A DNA stretch of 63,440 nt, the filler included, from Octopus bimaculoides (lineage: Eukaryota): the NCBI RefSeq assembly GCF_001194135.2. It is 7 parts of 7 records of this genome, joined end to end, with 100 filler letters (N's around TTAATTAATTAA, not from the genome) between each part and the next. Parts side by side here need not be neighbours in the genome. Positions count along the whole stretch, not along the records: positions 1 to 9,970 come from NC_069007.1; positions 10,071 to 24,892 come from NC_068984.1; 5 more parts are not named here. One strand, written 5' to 3'. The notes under the pieces are model-generated. The model was given only the letters and a program-made list of their open reading frames with translations, was not told where the DNA came from and searched no databases. The translations under genes and the position numbers were made by a program. This document shows, piece by piece, positions 1 to 12,129 of the stretch. Numbering within the stretch: the first letter of the stretch is position 1; the number at the start of each line of letters is the position of its first letter.

Positions 1-2
1 TG

Positions 3-291
3 GAAATAGAGATAACTCGAATGTGGAATCTAAAAACAGAAACAATTCCTATCATAGTAGGTGCCTTAGGTATAATAAAAAAATATTCAGACAAATACAT
101 AACAAAAATAGCAGGACTTACAAATATATATAACATACAGAAAATTGCACTACTGGGTACTGCACACATTCTACGCAAAACACTTTCAATACAGTAAACA
201 TAAGAGCACCACAGCAAACCACAGCACATACCCAAGGCGCACAGAGCTGCGCTCGGTAGTGAAGTGAAAGCACGTTATAAAAATAAAACTA

Positions 292-297
<6 letters not shown>
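3..297 (+). mobile_element. R4/Dong-like non-LTR retrotransposon 3' end (C-terminus of the RLE ORF, 3' UTR, then an (AAT)n tract)
   Basis: Manual translation of 3-197: EIEITRMWNLKTETIPIIVGALGIIKKYSDKYITKIAGLTNIYNIQKIALLGTAHILRKTLSIQ*. This matches the IPIVVGALG...QKxxLLGTAxILRK terminus of R4/Dong ORFs and is followed by (AAT)n. Confidence 0.85.
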
Positions 298-339
<42 letters not shown>

Positions 340-340
<1 letters not shown>

Positions 341-550
341 GTTTCAAATTTTGGCACAAGGCCAACAATTTAGAGGAAGGAGGAAGTATGTTACATTGAT
401 CCCTAGTATTCAGCTGGTACCTATTTTATTGATCCTAAGAGGGATGAACAGCAAAGTAGACCTTGGTAGAATCTGAACTCAGATCATAAAGATAGATGAA
501 ATGCTGCTAAGCATTTTGTCTGGCATGTTAATGATCCCACCAGCTTGCCC
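340..550 (-). mobile_element. tRNA-derived SINE, family A (decayed copy)
   Basis: Reverse complement of the GAGCTGGCAGAAACGTTAG...GAGTTCAAATTCC...GGCCTTGTGCCAAAATTTGAAACC family seen many times in the window. Confidence 0.8.
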
Positions 551-552
551 CT

Positions 553-589
<37 letters not shown>

Positions 590-602
590 TAATAACAATA
601 AA

Positions 603-1153
603 TTCCCTGATGCAGTATCAGGCAGTGGCTCTCATGACTTCTGATCTTAACTGAAGTGTTATCATGTACATTGTTATGTCTTGGTATAAAAGATGGGCTA
701 CAGGAAATATTCAGCTCAATACCACAGATTTAGCTGGTCAGTTGCTTGATCTTAACCAGTTGAGCATGTCCCTTGGTGGCTGACGATATGTGCATCTCTG
801 ATCATGAGCAGAAATAGTGGGGGAGCATCATAGCCATGTGTTGAGAGGGATTCTTTGGGGTTTGAATAATTCACCCTTGGAAACATGAGTGTTTCGTTCA
901 ACATCCTTAAACAACTCTTATTCAGGGACCTTTTGAACAGGATGGGCTACTCGACCTGAAGAAAATTCTAACTGGGCCCCACCTGCAAGGTCATGTGCTG
1001 TTTATCTTGATATGAGATCACCATGTCACGCACATATGGTTGTGATGCATGTGCCTGGTGTACCCTTATCAGACGGGTAGTCATGATGGGTATAATGGGC
1101 TTCATATATTTTACCCCAGTGTCACTTTGATGGTATGTGCTGCTCTCTCACTC
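603..1153 (+). mobile_element. ~550-bp non-coding interspersed element flanked by (AAT)n, copy 1
   Basis: Near-identical to 11621-12091, with the same 3' end CTCTCTCACTC(AAT)n. Confidence 0.85.
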
Positions 1154-1179
1154 AATAATAATAATAATAATGTCCTGTA

Positions 1180-1436
1180 AAAAGCACCCAGTCCACACTG
1201 TAAAGTGTTTGGCATTTGGAAAGGCACCCAGCTGTAAAAACCTTGCCAAAACTGACCTCGCCTGTGTTTGTGTCACATAAAAAGCACTAAGTCCACTATT
1301 CTGAATGGTTGCTGTCAGGAAAGGCATCCAGCTGTAAAAACCATGCCAAAACAGACACAGAAATCTGGTTCAGGCTCTTGTCAAACCACCCAACCCATGC
1401 CAGCATGGAAGGCAGACGTTAAATGAAGATGACGAT
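1180..1436 (+). mobile_element. SINE-like repeat, family C (AAAAGCACC...GGGCATCCAGCTGTAAAA...CCAACCCATGCCAGCATGG...(GAT)n)
   Basis: Matches copies at 29665, 30901, 34515, 41105 and 56890. Confidence 0.75.
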
Positions 1437-1559
1437 TAGAAAAAGTAGCCAAAAGTGCATGAAAAGTACCCAGAAGAATGAACAGGAAGACAACAGAAAA
1501 AAGTTGTTAAAGACAAACGTGTGGGGGTGGGGGGGTATCAGGTGTATTGCTGGAGCAGT

Positions 1560-1900
1560 TGAAGAAGTATGGAAGTTTTGAAGGATGTACTGTCCTGACA
1601 GCTAACAACTGAAGCAGGTAGTTTATTAGTTTATTCCATGCTTCAACAATTCTGAACTTGAAAAAAACCTCTCCGAAAGTCATGGGTGCCTGTGTTGCTT
1701 TCTGATTTTCTAAGCATGTCCACAAGTATTAGACTTATAGAATTCAAAAAGCTGCCGTTTTTACATGTGTTGTTCACAAAAGTTTTTAAACAAGAAAACA
1801 AAAGAGTTTTCTTCAAACTTTCATCTCATATTTCAAAAAATATTCTGACACTTGATATTTCAAAAGAAAACCAGGCTCAGTTTACCAGCTGACGATCGGA
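1560..1900 (-). mobile_element. CR1-like LINE reverse transcriptase C-terminal remnant
   Basis: Minus-strand frames give FEFYKSNTCGHA*KIRKQH and FFKFRIVEAWNKL, matching the CR1 TRGHxxK...FFxxRVVxxWNxL motifs, with stops and frameshifts. Confidence 0.7.
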
Positions 1901-2506
1901 AATGAGTAACTTTTGAGCACTGAAATTGGAGCCTTTGGGTTTTAACATATTAAAGAACACTCTGCATTTGTATTGAGTCCTGTAATTTATCTCTTCTAAT
2001 GAGTCAACGGAAATTTGTGTGTGTGTGCATGCATAGGTGCGTGTGTCTGTGCACACATATGTGTGTGTGTGTCTGTGTGTAGTGTGTCTGTGTGTAGTGT
2101 GTCTGTGCACGTGTGTTTATGCACATGTGTGTGTGTGCACACGTATGTTTGTGTGCACACATAGGTGTGTGTGTCTGTACACGTGTGTGTTGTTTGTGTT
2201 TCTGTGTGTGTGCATGCATAGGTGTGTGTGTGTGTGTACCTCTTTGTTTTGACAAAGCATGATTGTTGTAAATGGATCTCATTCCTTTCCATTATTCTGT
2301 GAAAACATGTCTGGCCATTGTGGTGAGGGCAATTACTAACCTCCTTGGAAACAGGTAAGGGCTGCTGACAGGAAGAGCATCCAGCCATGGTTAATCTATG
2401 TCAATAAATGCCTTCGAAGTCATGCAAGCATGGAAGAGGGGACATTAAAAAGATGACATTGTTTTATGTGTGTTTTCCTTTTCTCCACTTACAACTGTAT
2501 CTTCAG

Positions 2507-2557
2507 CAGTTCTGCTGTTCAGACAATTTGCTGATGAATGGAAAATATTTCTGTCTG
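2507..2557 (+). CDS. Candidate 51-nt (or 48-nt) internal exon of an unidentified gene
   Basis: Pyrimidine tract, tandem acceptor CAGCAG and donor CTG|GTACAT. Open as xVLLFRQFADEWKIFLS(G) or QFCCSDNLLMNGKYFCL. No homology recognised. Confidence 0.25.
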
Positions 2558-2914
2558 GTACATTTCCAATATTTGGTGTTCTGATTTATAACACAATCAA
2601 AAGGGCAACACTTTCCCCCCACTAAATTAAGTGTATTCTCTGATAAACTGTCTCTGACCAATAACACCATTTTCTGTAAAGCAAATAACCAGAGGAAGGC
2701 AACAGGGAGCCCTATTTCCTGAGAGTTCCCTGACAAATTCATGAAGGATGACTCCAAGAGATGGTTCATTGATCTGCTGTTTTGCAGAAATGAATCTTTG
2801 GAGAATATGTATATAGATCGCACTGCTGTTTAATCCCAGCTCAGCCATAGCCACCCCATCTTAATTTCAGGTAGCGTCTATCTTGGACTGGCATAATCAA
2901 TATTTAATATGTGC

Positions 2915-3345
2915 AAGACAGCAAGCTGGCAGAAACGTTAGCACGCCGGGCGAAATGCTTTGTGGTATTTCGTCTATCTTTACATTCTGAGTTCAAACTC
3001 CATTGAGGTTGACTTTGCCTTTCCTCCTTTCGGGGTCAATAAATTAAGTACCAGTTACGCACTGGGGTCGATGTAATCAACTTAATCCCTTTGTCTGCCC
3101 TTGTTTGTCCCCTCTATGTTTAACCCCTTGTGGGCAATAAAGAAATAAGAAACATTCGCACGCTGGATGAAACGCTTTGTGGTATTTCGCTTATCTTTAC
3201 ATTCTGAGTTCAAATTCCATTGAGGTTGACTTTGCCTTTCCTCCTTTCGGGGTCGATAAATTAAGTATCAGCTGCATACTAGGGTTGATCTAATAAGCTG
3301 GCCCCCTTCCCCAAAATTTCAGGCCTTGTGCCTAGAGTAGGAAAT
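2915..3345 (+). mobile_element. Dimeric family-A SINE with a 16-bp target-site duplication
   Basis: Two head-to-tail bodies with different tails; AATATTTAATATGTGC at 2899-2914 and 3346-3361. Confidence 0.85.
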
Positions 3346-4115
3346 AATATTTAATATGTGCTTTCCTTTTTAAAAAAAATTAATTTTTTTAGTTGTTGTA
3401 TTATTTTGATAACAAATTGATCCTGATTGAGTTGACCTACATTTAAAGGTGTTCCATCCATGACAATCCCCTCTTTAGTGGGTTTCTCTTTTTTGCATAA
3501 TCCGATGACATCATTGTTTTGTTTTTGTTGCTAAGAAACAATGAAAGTTTTTCTTCACCATTTCAAACCCAGCCCCAGCACCATCCCCTTCCCCAGGTCA
3601 TGTTTTATAAACTCCTCACTTGCCTCCTGTTTCATGCAACAAAACAGAAAAAGAAAAGAAAAACAAAAGATTATTTTAATGACGCTGAAGTTACTTTTGT
3701 GCAGTGGTTCATCATCCAGATGTTCTTATATTATCTCATTGAGCATATGTCCCTTTTTAGATGTTTGTGTGTGCCTGAGCCCCTTTCTTAAATTTTTATG
3801 GAAAGAATGAAATTATATTGGACATTGCTACATCAGTCAACTTTTTCTATTCACTGATAACACAATGTCCTCCTATACATAGACATTTGTGTGGACTAGT
3901 ACCATCTGTGTTTAAATCACTAAAGAAGCTGAGGACTTCTAGAATGAAATTATATTGGACCCTGTTACATCATCACTCACCTTTTTCTATTCACTGATAA
4001 GTAACTGTTTAATATTTTTTCATCGCAACAAAGATTTTTAAAAAATCTGTTTAAAATATAAATATTTTACATGATTTAAATGTTTATTTCTAAAACAATC
4101 TTGACCCCTCTAAAC

Positions 4116-4785
4116 CAGACATTCCCAAACTTTTTGGGCCACTGCCCCCCCCCTCATGGCAACATAATACCCTCAGTGCCCCCCACCCCTTTTTTATGTA
4201 TAAACAAATATTTTAAATCTCTCTGAGAGATTTAGAAATATTATATTTCTAATTTTGCTAATCAGTGAATAAACTTCACTATGATTATATATGTTGCGAG
4301 AGCTAGACAAACTTCTTCAACCAGCTGGTCAAGCTACTTCAGGCTGATGACGAGCAAAGACTCAGAAACATGTCCCTGAATGCTGGCTAGGCTGGGTGGG
4401 GGAGTTTGTCTCCCCCTCGCAAACATAAGGACACAGTAATTGTGTCAAGGCCGACAGGAAGCGGTCCAGCTTCCTAGGGCTAAACTGCAGTAGTGTATTC
4501 CCTTATTGGGATTGTCACATTAAGTTGACAATATACTACAAATATTTTATATTTTACTAATTTATACACACTATGAATCATTTGATATTTAATATAGTAT
4601 TATATAATTTGTATACAATATAATAATATTATGATAAATTCATAGCGTCCCCCAATCCACTGCCTTCCTCCCAATGCCTCCTTTTTCTCTACGCCCCTCC
4701 CCACACACACTTAGGCACCAGCACTCTCTCCTGGACCGTCTCAACGCCCACTGGGGGCTGGTCGCACCCACTTTGAGAACCTATG
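4116..4785. mobile_element. hAT-type MITE carrying internal insertions
   Basis: Termini CAGACATTCCCAAACT / ACTTTGAGAACCTATG; 8-bp TSD CTCTAAAC / CTGTAAAC. Confidence 0.7.
4338..4380 (+). ncRNA. Minimal type-I hammerhead ribozyme motif (Penelope/retrozyme type)
   Basis: TTCAGG-CTGATGA-CGAG caaaga CTCA-GAAAC-AT-GTC-CCTGAA. Stem I is a perfect 6 bp, the core boxes are intact, the site is GUC, and stem III is the palindrome ACATGT. One C.A mismatch closes stem II. Confidence 0.8.
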
Positions 4786-5531
4786 CTGTAAACACTCAGT
4801 TTTCCTTGTTGTGCCACCTTCTTAACTCATGATACCCCACCCCACGCCACTTTCAAGAAGGTGGGTGGGTAAAAAAGCCACCGAATGTAATATAAGGAAT
4901 ATTTAGCTGCTATTTTTAGCTGACCGCATTAATTAAGATATTATCATTTTCTAGAATAGTGTGGTGCAAAATTTGGAGAGAGTTTGACTGTTATTTTTAG
5001 CATGACAAATGATAATTAATACCTTGTTGGTTTAAGATGGCGTTTGGCTGCTATTTCTAGGAGGTTGAGATTATAGGAGTTCAAACTATCAGACTCACTT
5101 TTGGAATTAAAACTATTGAGATGACGGTATTGCTCTGTCAGATACTTATCTCGTTGTCTACAGCACTTATTGACCACAACACAAATCAATAATTGATCAT
5201 TTGGTCCTCACACTCTCCTTCTCCCCTCCTCTGCTACACACACACACACACAAAAACAATCACACACGCATGCACACACACACAAACACGATCACATACA
5301 CACATGATCATATACACACACACACATACGTAAACAATTCAGTATGAAGCAAGGCTTATGTATATTTCATAATATCCAAACATACATGTAAATACTCATA
5401 GGTACACTTAGACACAAACACATACACACAATATTTCACACACACACTCAAAACCAATTCAATTTGAACAAAGATATTTATAAGTGTCAATCAACTAATA
5501 ATATACATTTGAGTGTGTGTGTGTAAATATT

Positions 5532-5573
<42 letters not shown>

Positions 5574-6590
5574 CATATATATATGCATATATATGTGTGT
5601 GTATGTATATATATATATATATTTATATGCATATATACACACAGACATATGCACATATACATACATATATATGCATTTCTATACATTTGTACATATGCAT
5701 ACATATATATACGTGTGTGTGTGTTGTGTTTCCATTCACTTTTCCCTGCCATTTTTGGTTGAATGGGTTGTCACTAACTGAATCACTTTGTATTTCATCT
5801 CACTGCTGTCGTATTCGAACGAGTTCATGTCTTGCTCATATAATGTGTGGATAAATGATTGTGTGTATAATGTTTATATATATGTATATAATTGGTCAGT
5901 TGTTCATACATCGGAAACAGAATCACACTCTGGAAAAATTGTTTACAGCAGTAATGTTTACAATCCACAGCCCAGGGTTCACCAGTCACTGAATTCCCCA
6001 CACCCACACTCTTTGCATCGTTGTGAAGTCTCAAATCCCTAATCATGCACCTTTGGCAATACCCTACCATTTATTATTCTGACCCCTGTACCTTAAGAGT
6101 ATGCCCAGGGACTTTGCTACCATCTATTTCTCTCTCTTGCTCTACTCTACTACTCTACTTATATTCTGATCCCCATTCCTGATGAGTATGCTCTGACACT
6201 TTGCCATCATCTCTCTCCTGCTCTCTCTTTTCCTTGCTCTTCCCTCTGGCTGGATAACCATGTTTCTCCTCTAAAGTAACACACCTGTTTCCATCTCCAT
6301 TCTTGATCTCTTTCTCTCTCTCTCTGACCAGGTAACCATGCACCTCCTCTCCAGCAAGACACCTGTTTCTGTCTCTCTGTCACACTCTAACCTTTCATCA
6401 TCTGGTACAAGATCCCCTCCTCCAATTCCCCCTACCCTCTCAAAGGATCTTTGTAATGCAAGTTATTTGGTAACCCTTCCGGTGTTGGTGCCACATAAAA
6501 AGCATCCATTTCACACTTTGAAGTGGTTGGCATTTGGACAGGCATCCAGCTCTAAAAATCTTGCCAAAACTGACCTCACTCATGCTGGTA

Positions 6591-6627
<37 letters not shown>

Positions 6628-6644
6628 NNNNNNNNNNNNNNNNT

Positions 6645-6845
6645 GTGTTTGTCCCTCTCGCCATTGCTTGACAACCGATGTTGGTGTGTTTATGTCCCCA
6701 TAAATTAGAGGTTCAGCAAAACAGACCGATAGCATAAATGCTAGGCTTAAAAAGAATAAGTCCTGGGGTTGATTTCTTTAACTAAAAAAAACATTTAAGG
6801 CGCTGCTCCAGCATGGCCGCAGTCAAATGACTGAAACAAGTTAAA
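6645..6845 (+). mobile_element. SINE-like family B, 3' module (GTTTGTCCC...AATAAGTCCTGGGG...GAAACAAG)
   Basis: Repeated at 25045, 27130, 29090, 31700, 36425, 45010 and elsewhere. Confidence 0.75.
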
Positions 6846-6887
6846 GAGTGTATAAATCATTGTAATATATCTTTATGTGTGAATCAG

Positions 6888-6927
<40 letters not shown>

Positions 6928-8010
6928 CACATATGTATTATAATAGTGTGTATGCATCTGTATAATGTCTTTGCTTATAGCCAACTCTTCTTTGCCTAGA
7001 TTCCATCTCTTTTCATCCACTGTTACATTTTAAGTATCTGGTTTCATCTGAGCACGATTCTATCTCTACTATACACTTTTTGGGGCATGTTCTTACTCAC
7101 ATTATATATACACACACACACATATACACATAAGATCACTTCCATATATATATGTGCTTATGTGCATATATGTACACACACAATATGCGTGTCTTTGAAG
7201 AAATGCATGAATATCGCACATTCTCATTGGCTTCCTTGAACAGCATGTGGTCTGATGCCCAATTAGAAAATTCGATCAGCTTTCTCTCTCTTGAGTAATG
7301 AAAATATCCAAGAGTTGGTTGTTCTCTGAGAAGACATTGGTTGATCCAAGGATAGATAACTCTTGGGACATAGATGGCACTAGGATTGGAAGGGAGAGCA
7401 TCAGAGCAGTTCTTAGTTCAGCTCCACTATGTCACAAGTCTTTGTATCAATACATAGATATATATGCATATATATACATACAAGCATATATATATAATAT
7501 AATTGTATACATATATATATATATAATTGTAGATACACACACGTCATCATCATCATCATCTTTTAGCATCTGTTTTCCATGCTGGCATATGTATGTATGT
7601 ATACACACACACACACACATGAAGATCTACATACAAATGCGTATATCTGTAAATATACATAATACATATATGTGTAAATATATATATATATGCATGCATA
7701 TCTGTGTGTGTGTGTGTGTGTGTGTATAATTATCCCCTTTAGTTCTAGTACTATGACTGACCAGTTGTTAGGGCTTCATATAATTATAGTTCACACGATT
7801 AGTAACGTCCAGCAGCAAGGAGGTGTGAATTGACTCACATTTTCCACTCCAGGCTTTTTGTGTGAACCACTAGGTCAGTACAGACTGATATTAAATAATA
7901 AATGTTCTTTTTTGTCATTCATTTGTGTATGTTTGTATGTGCATATTTATATGTATGTATATTATGTGTGTGTGTGTGTGTATGTATATATACATATATA
8001 TGTATGTATG

Positions 8011-8041
<31 letters not shown>

Positions 8042-8642
8042 ATGTATGTGTATATGTAAATACACACACACACATATAAGTTTGTGTGTATATATATGTG
8101 TGTGTGTGTATAAAGGGTTGTTGTAACACACCGTACAGTGTATGAAATAATTAATTCTTTATGAGAATATATTATACTTTAGCGTTCCTCCAGAGAGGCT
8201 ATGTTCTAACCAGCTGAAAATCTTAATTCTTTAGTTTTTGGAAACTTATGGTTGTATTTCTGAGAGTATTTTAGAAGCACTCTAACAACACCATTTCATA
8301 TCTGGAATTAGCGCTTGCCAATATTCTAGAGAGATATTCTTTTCTTGTATTCTATAACATGGTATCTAATATTGTTTATTTCCATGAGTGTAAGCCTAAT
8401 TTTATTTTCAATCAATATTTTAACACCTTTTCTCTTCTGGATCTGATTAAAATAATTTTAATCATCTAACTAATATTTGCCTCACCTTGATTCATAATAA
8501 TTAGTATGAAATGAATTAATTAGATAAATTTCTTATTTGTGAAATTAATTATGATGTAATTAACTAGAATGAAAGATTTCTTTCTATGTGGGTAGCAGCC
8601 CTCTTTAGATATCACAATGATTGTTAATATTTTATGCACTTA

Positions 8643-8870
8643 GGGCTGTGAGCTGGCAGAATCGTTAGCATGCCGGGTGAAATAATTAGCGGTATTTCAG
8701 CTGCTGTTATGTTCTGAGTTCAAATTCCGCCGAGGTCGACTTTGCCTTTCATCTTTTGGGGATCAATTTAATAAGTACCAGTTATGCACTGAAGTCTATG
8801 TAATCGACTTAATCCCTTTGTCCTTGTTTGTCCCATCTATGTTTAGCCCCCTGTGGGCAATAAAGAAATA
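8643..8870 (+). mobile_element. Family-A tRNA-derived SINE with a 17-bp TSD
   Basis: A-box and B-box-like head, AATAAAGAAATA tail; AATATTTTAT(G/T)CACTTA at 8626-8642 and 8871-8887. Confidence 0.85.
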
Positions 8871-9039
8871 AATATTTTATTCACTTAAATTGTTGCATAT
8901 CAATACAGTGATGGTTTTGTGTCTAATCTGGCAACTACATAGAAAGGCTTTGCCTTGCTGATGAGGTTAAATAAGATTGGAACATGACCCAAGTTTTGCC
9001 TCTACTTTCTCAGATCTGATTAAATTAATGATAGTTTCA

Positions 9040-9245
9040 AATTTTGACACAAGGCTAGCATTTTCAGGGAAAGGTATAAGATAATTACATTGACCGCTAA
9101 TGTTCAACTGGGATTTATTTTATTGAACCCGACAGGATGAAAGACAAAGTCAACCTTGGTCACATTTGAATTCAGAATGTAAAGATGGACAAAATTCCAC
9201 TAAGCATTTTGCATGGCATGATTACAATTCTACCAGCTTGCCACC
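9040..9245 (-). mobile_element. Family-A SINE (decayed)
   Basis: Reverse-complement similarity to family A. Confidence 0.7.
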
Positions 9246-10014
9246 CTAAATATTAACACTTATGCTCATGTACAGTTCTCCGTGTTTTAACTCCTGGTTC
9301 ATAGAAAGATTTGACAAAAGAGAAGACTAAAAATGGGTTGGTATGTATAGAATGTAATAACTTTTACTAAGTCTTCTCTGCATATATGTGACCTTGAAAT
9401 GTTACAGGCTGTAGCAGACTCTAGTGGACTCCCTCTCTGTATTATATATACATACATATGAATGTAGCAGGTAACAGCTAACCTTTGGGCACTGTTTTGG
9501 ACCCCATTGTGTCTACCACTCTTATTGGTTGGTATCGACAGAATTCGTCTCTTACTCTATTGCATACCAATATGCAACCCAACCAGTCACAGCCTCCAAA
9601 TAAATCATGTGAGACAGTCTGTTCTAAACTACATTTGAGCCTACCGTTAGGTATAAAAACTCATCTCCTCCTAGTCTCTGAGTCTGTTGGTTCCAGACCT
9701 TCTAAGGTCTAACCACTGACCACATTACAGCGACCTCCATTTTTGTCGCCACCAACGTCATCAACAACATCTCTATACAGCACTGACACACTGCACAGGT
9801 TCTAACATATCGCTGTTCGTGAGCTTCCTCACCAGGGTTAACAGCAAACATACAACCCATGCAGATGCATGTAGATATATGAATGAATATCCATCAACCA
9901 CTTCCATTTATCGTTCAGCTTGTATATATATATATATATATATATATAAATATATATATATATGTGTGTGNNNNNNNNNNNNNNNNNNNNNNNNNNNNNN
10001 NNNNNNNNNNNNNN

Positions 10015-10026
10015 TTAATTAATTAA
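10015..10026. other. Artificial scaffold-join spacer TTAATTAATTAA, also at 24937, 52383, 55940, 59435 and 61980
   Basis: An identical 12-mer that stops all six frames, centred in 44 N + 44 N (100 bp total), six times. Confidence 0.95.
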
Positions 10027-11180
10027 NNNNNNNNNNNNNNNNNNNNNNNNNNNNNNNNNNNNNNNNNNNNGTTATACAACTATTTCCGGAATAATACTGC
10101 CGTTTCTTCTCCTGATTTAGGCCAACAAAATATATGTATATTTCATAGTTGTTAAAGATAGGCACCGGCGTGGTGTCGCTGTTTCTTGTCATATCTTTAT
10201 CTAGTGACCTGAAGTCCTTCAGCTGGTGACCTCCAAGGCACGCACATTCAATTAACCTATCCTGATTTAAACGTTGTTGGCTGAAAAAGAAAGGTGAGAG
10301 AAGTCACCTATCCTGGTAGAGAACTGCGTTACGACGAGTGCTCCAGTTGATTTAATTAAAGGAACGGCCTGCACGTGAAATTAACGTGCAAGTTTTACCT
10401 GTAGTTCAATAAGCCAGCATTGTTACATTCGGAGTGTCAACTATTTTAGAATTGTAGAATGACGGGTTATCTTTCTTCCTAGTAGGCTGAGCTTCCTGAA
10501 GGGCACCTCCAGATGTCTTTTGTCTGGTATTATTTTGCAGTGTGTGACTACCCACCCTAACTCTAACCCTACCCACTTCCTGCAAATTTCATCCCTTGTG
10601 CTTATAGAAGAAAATAGTACTTTACAAGATCCTGCGTCATTTAAGAACTTCACTTTTATTTTCTTGTACACGTCAGGGAACATTTTAATAAAGCTATCGT
10701 TTTGACTGATGATTGATGGAAATCTCAAAGTCCTCCCACTCCCATTCTGTCTTGAGTTGCATTATGTAAATTTTCAATCGGTTATTTTGTAAATTTATTC
10801 GGCCTTATTGTTTTTGCTTACTAGAGCGGAATATACTGGTGGGTGTTTTTGTAGCTGATCTTTCACTTTATGCGTTTGGTGGTGTGTTTGTGTGTTTTCC
10901 TGTTGCTTTTGCTTGTTTGTGTTTTTTTTTTGTATCTGTGTTTTCCTATTTTTTACACTGCTGGTCGTAAATTTGCTGCACTTGCTGTGTTTAGGAAAGA
11001 TAGCATAGGTGTATAATTGTGTGAGAAGTTGGGTTTACCGCCTCTACACACTTCATGGATTTTTGGTTGGACATGCTTCTTCCAACTCTCTTTTCGTTGC
11101 ACCATGAAATTTCAGAGTCGTCAGAAAATCCTAAGGAGGTGGAGGGGAGCGCTGTGTCTGCTTGTGTCTCTGTATCTGTT

Positions 11181-11215
<35 letters not shown>

Positions 11216-11570
11216 TATGTATATATGTATGTATGTATGTATATATATCATAACAATAGTAATATATATACATATATATATATAGAGAGACATATCAATC
11301 ATAATATATATTCTTCAAAGTCTTTCAAGGCTGTCTGCTATTGTAGTGAAAACGGTGGTAGTGGCATTGGTTTTTGTAGAAAGGGTCCTGCTATGGCTGT
11401 TTAATTCTGAGGTAACCCCGTCGCAGTGTTGTTATTTTGGTTAGTTATGTTGTTGCTGTTGCGTTTTTCGTTGCTGCTATTTTTGTTACCGCCACGTTTC
11501 GTGGAAGGGACGTTGCTCCAGCAAACGATTCAGCCGGCATAGTGCCTTAATAATAATAATAATAATAATG

Positions 11571-11620
<50 letters not shown>

Positions 11621-11622
<2 letters not shown>

Positions 11623-12091
11623 GTGTTATCATGTACATTGACTTGTCTTGGTATAAAAGATGGGCTACAGCAAATATTCTGTTCGATACCACAAATTTGC
11701 TTGTCACTTATTTGACCTTAACCAGTTGAGCATGTCCCTTAGCGGCTGACGATATGTGTATCTTTGATGACGAGCAGAAGTAGTGGGAGAGCATCATAGC
11801 CATGTGTTGAGAGGAGTTCTATGGAGTTTGAATAATTCACCTCTGGAAACAACTCTTATTCAGGGACCTTTTGAGTGGGATGGGCTACTCGCGCTGAAGA
11901 AAATTCTGACTGGACCCCACCTGCAAGGTCATGCGCTGTTTATCTTGATATGAGATCACCATGTCGCGCACATATGGTTGTGAAGCATGTGCCTGGTGTA
12001 CCCTTAAGAGACGGATGGTCATGATGTGTATACTGGACTTGGTATATTTTATTCCAGTTTCATTTTGATGGCATGCGCTGCTCTCTCACTC
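11621..12091 (+). mobile_element. (AAT)n-flanked element, copy 2 (5'-truncated relative to 603-1153)
   Basis: Colinear with about 652-1153, same 3' end, embedded in (TAA)n on both sides. Confidence 0.85.
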
Positions 12092-12123
<32 letters not shown>

Positions 12124-12129
12124 TGATGA

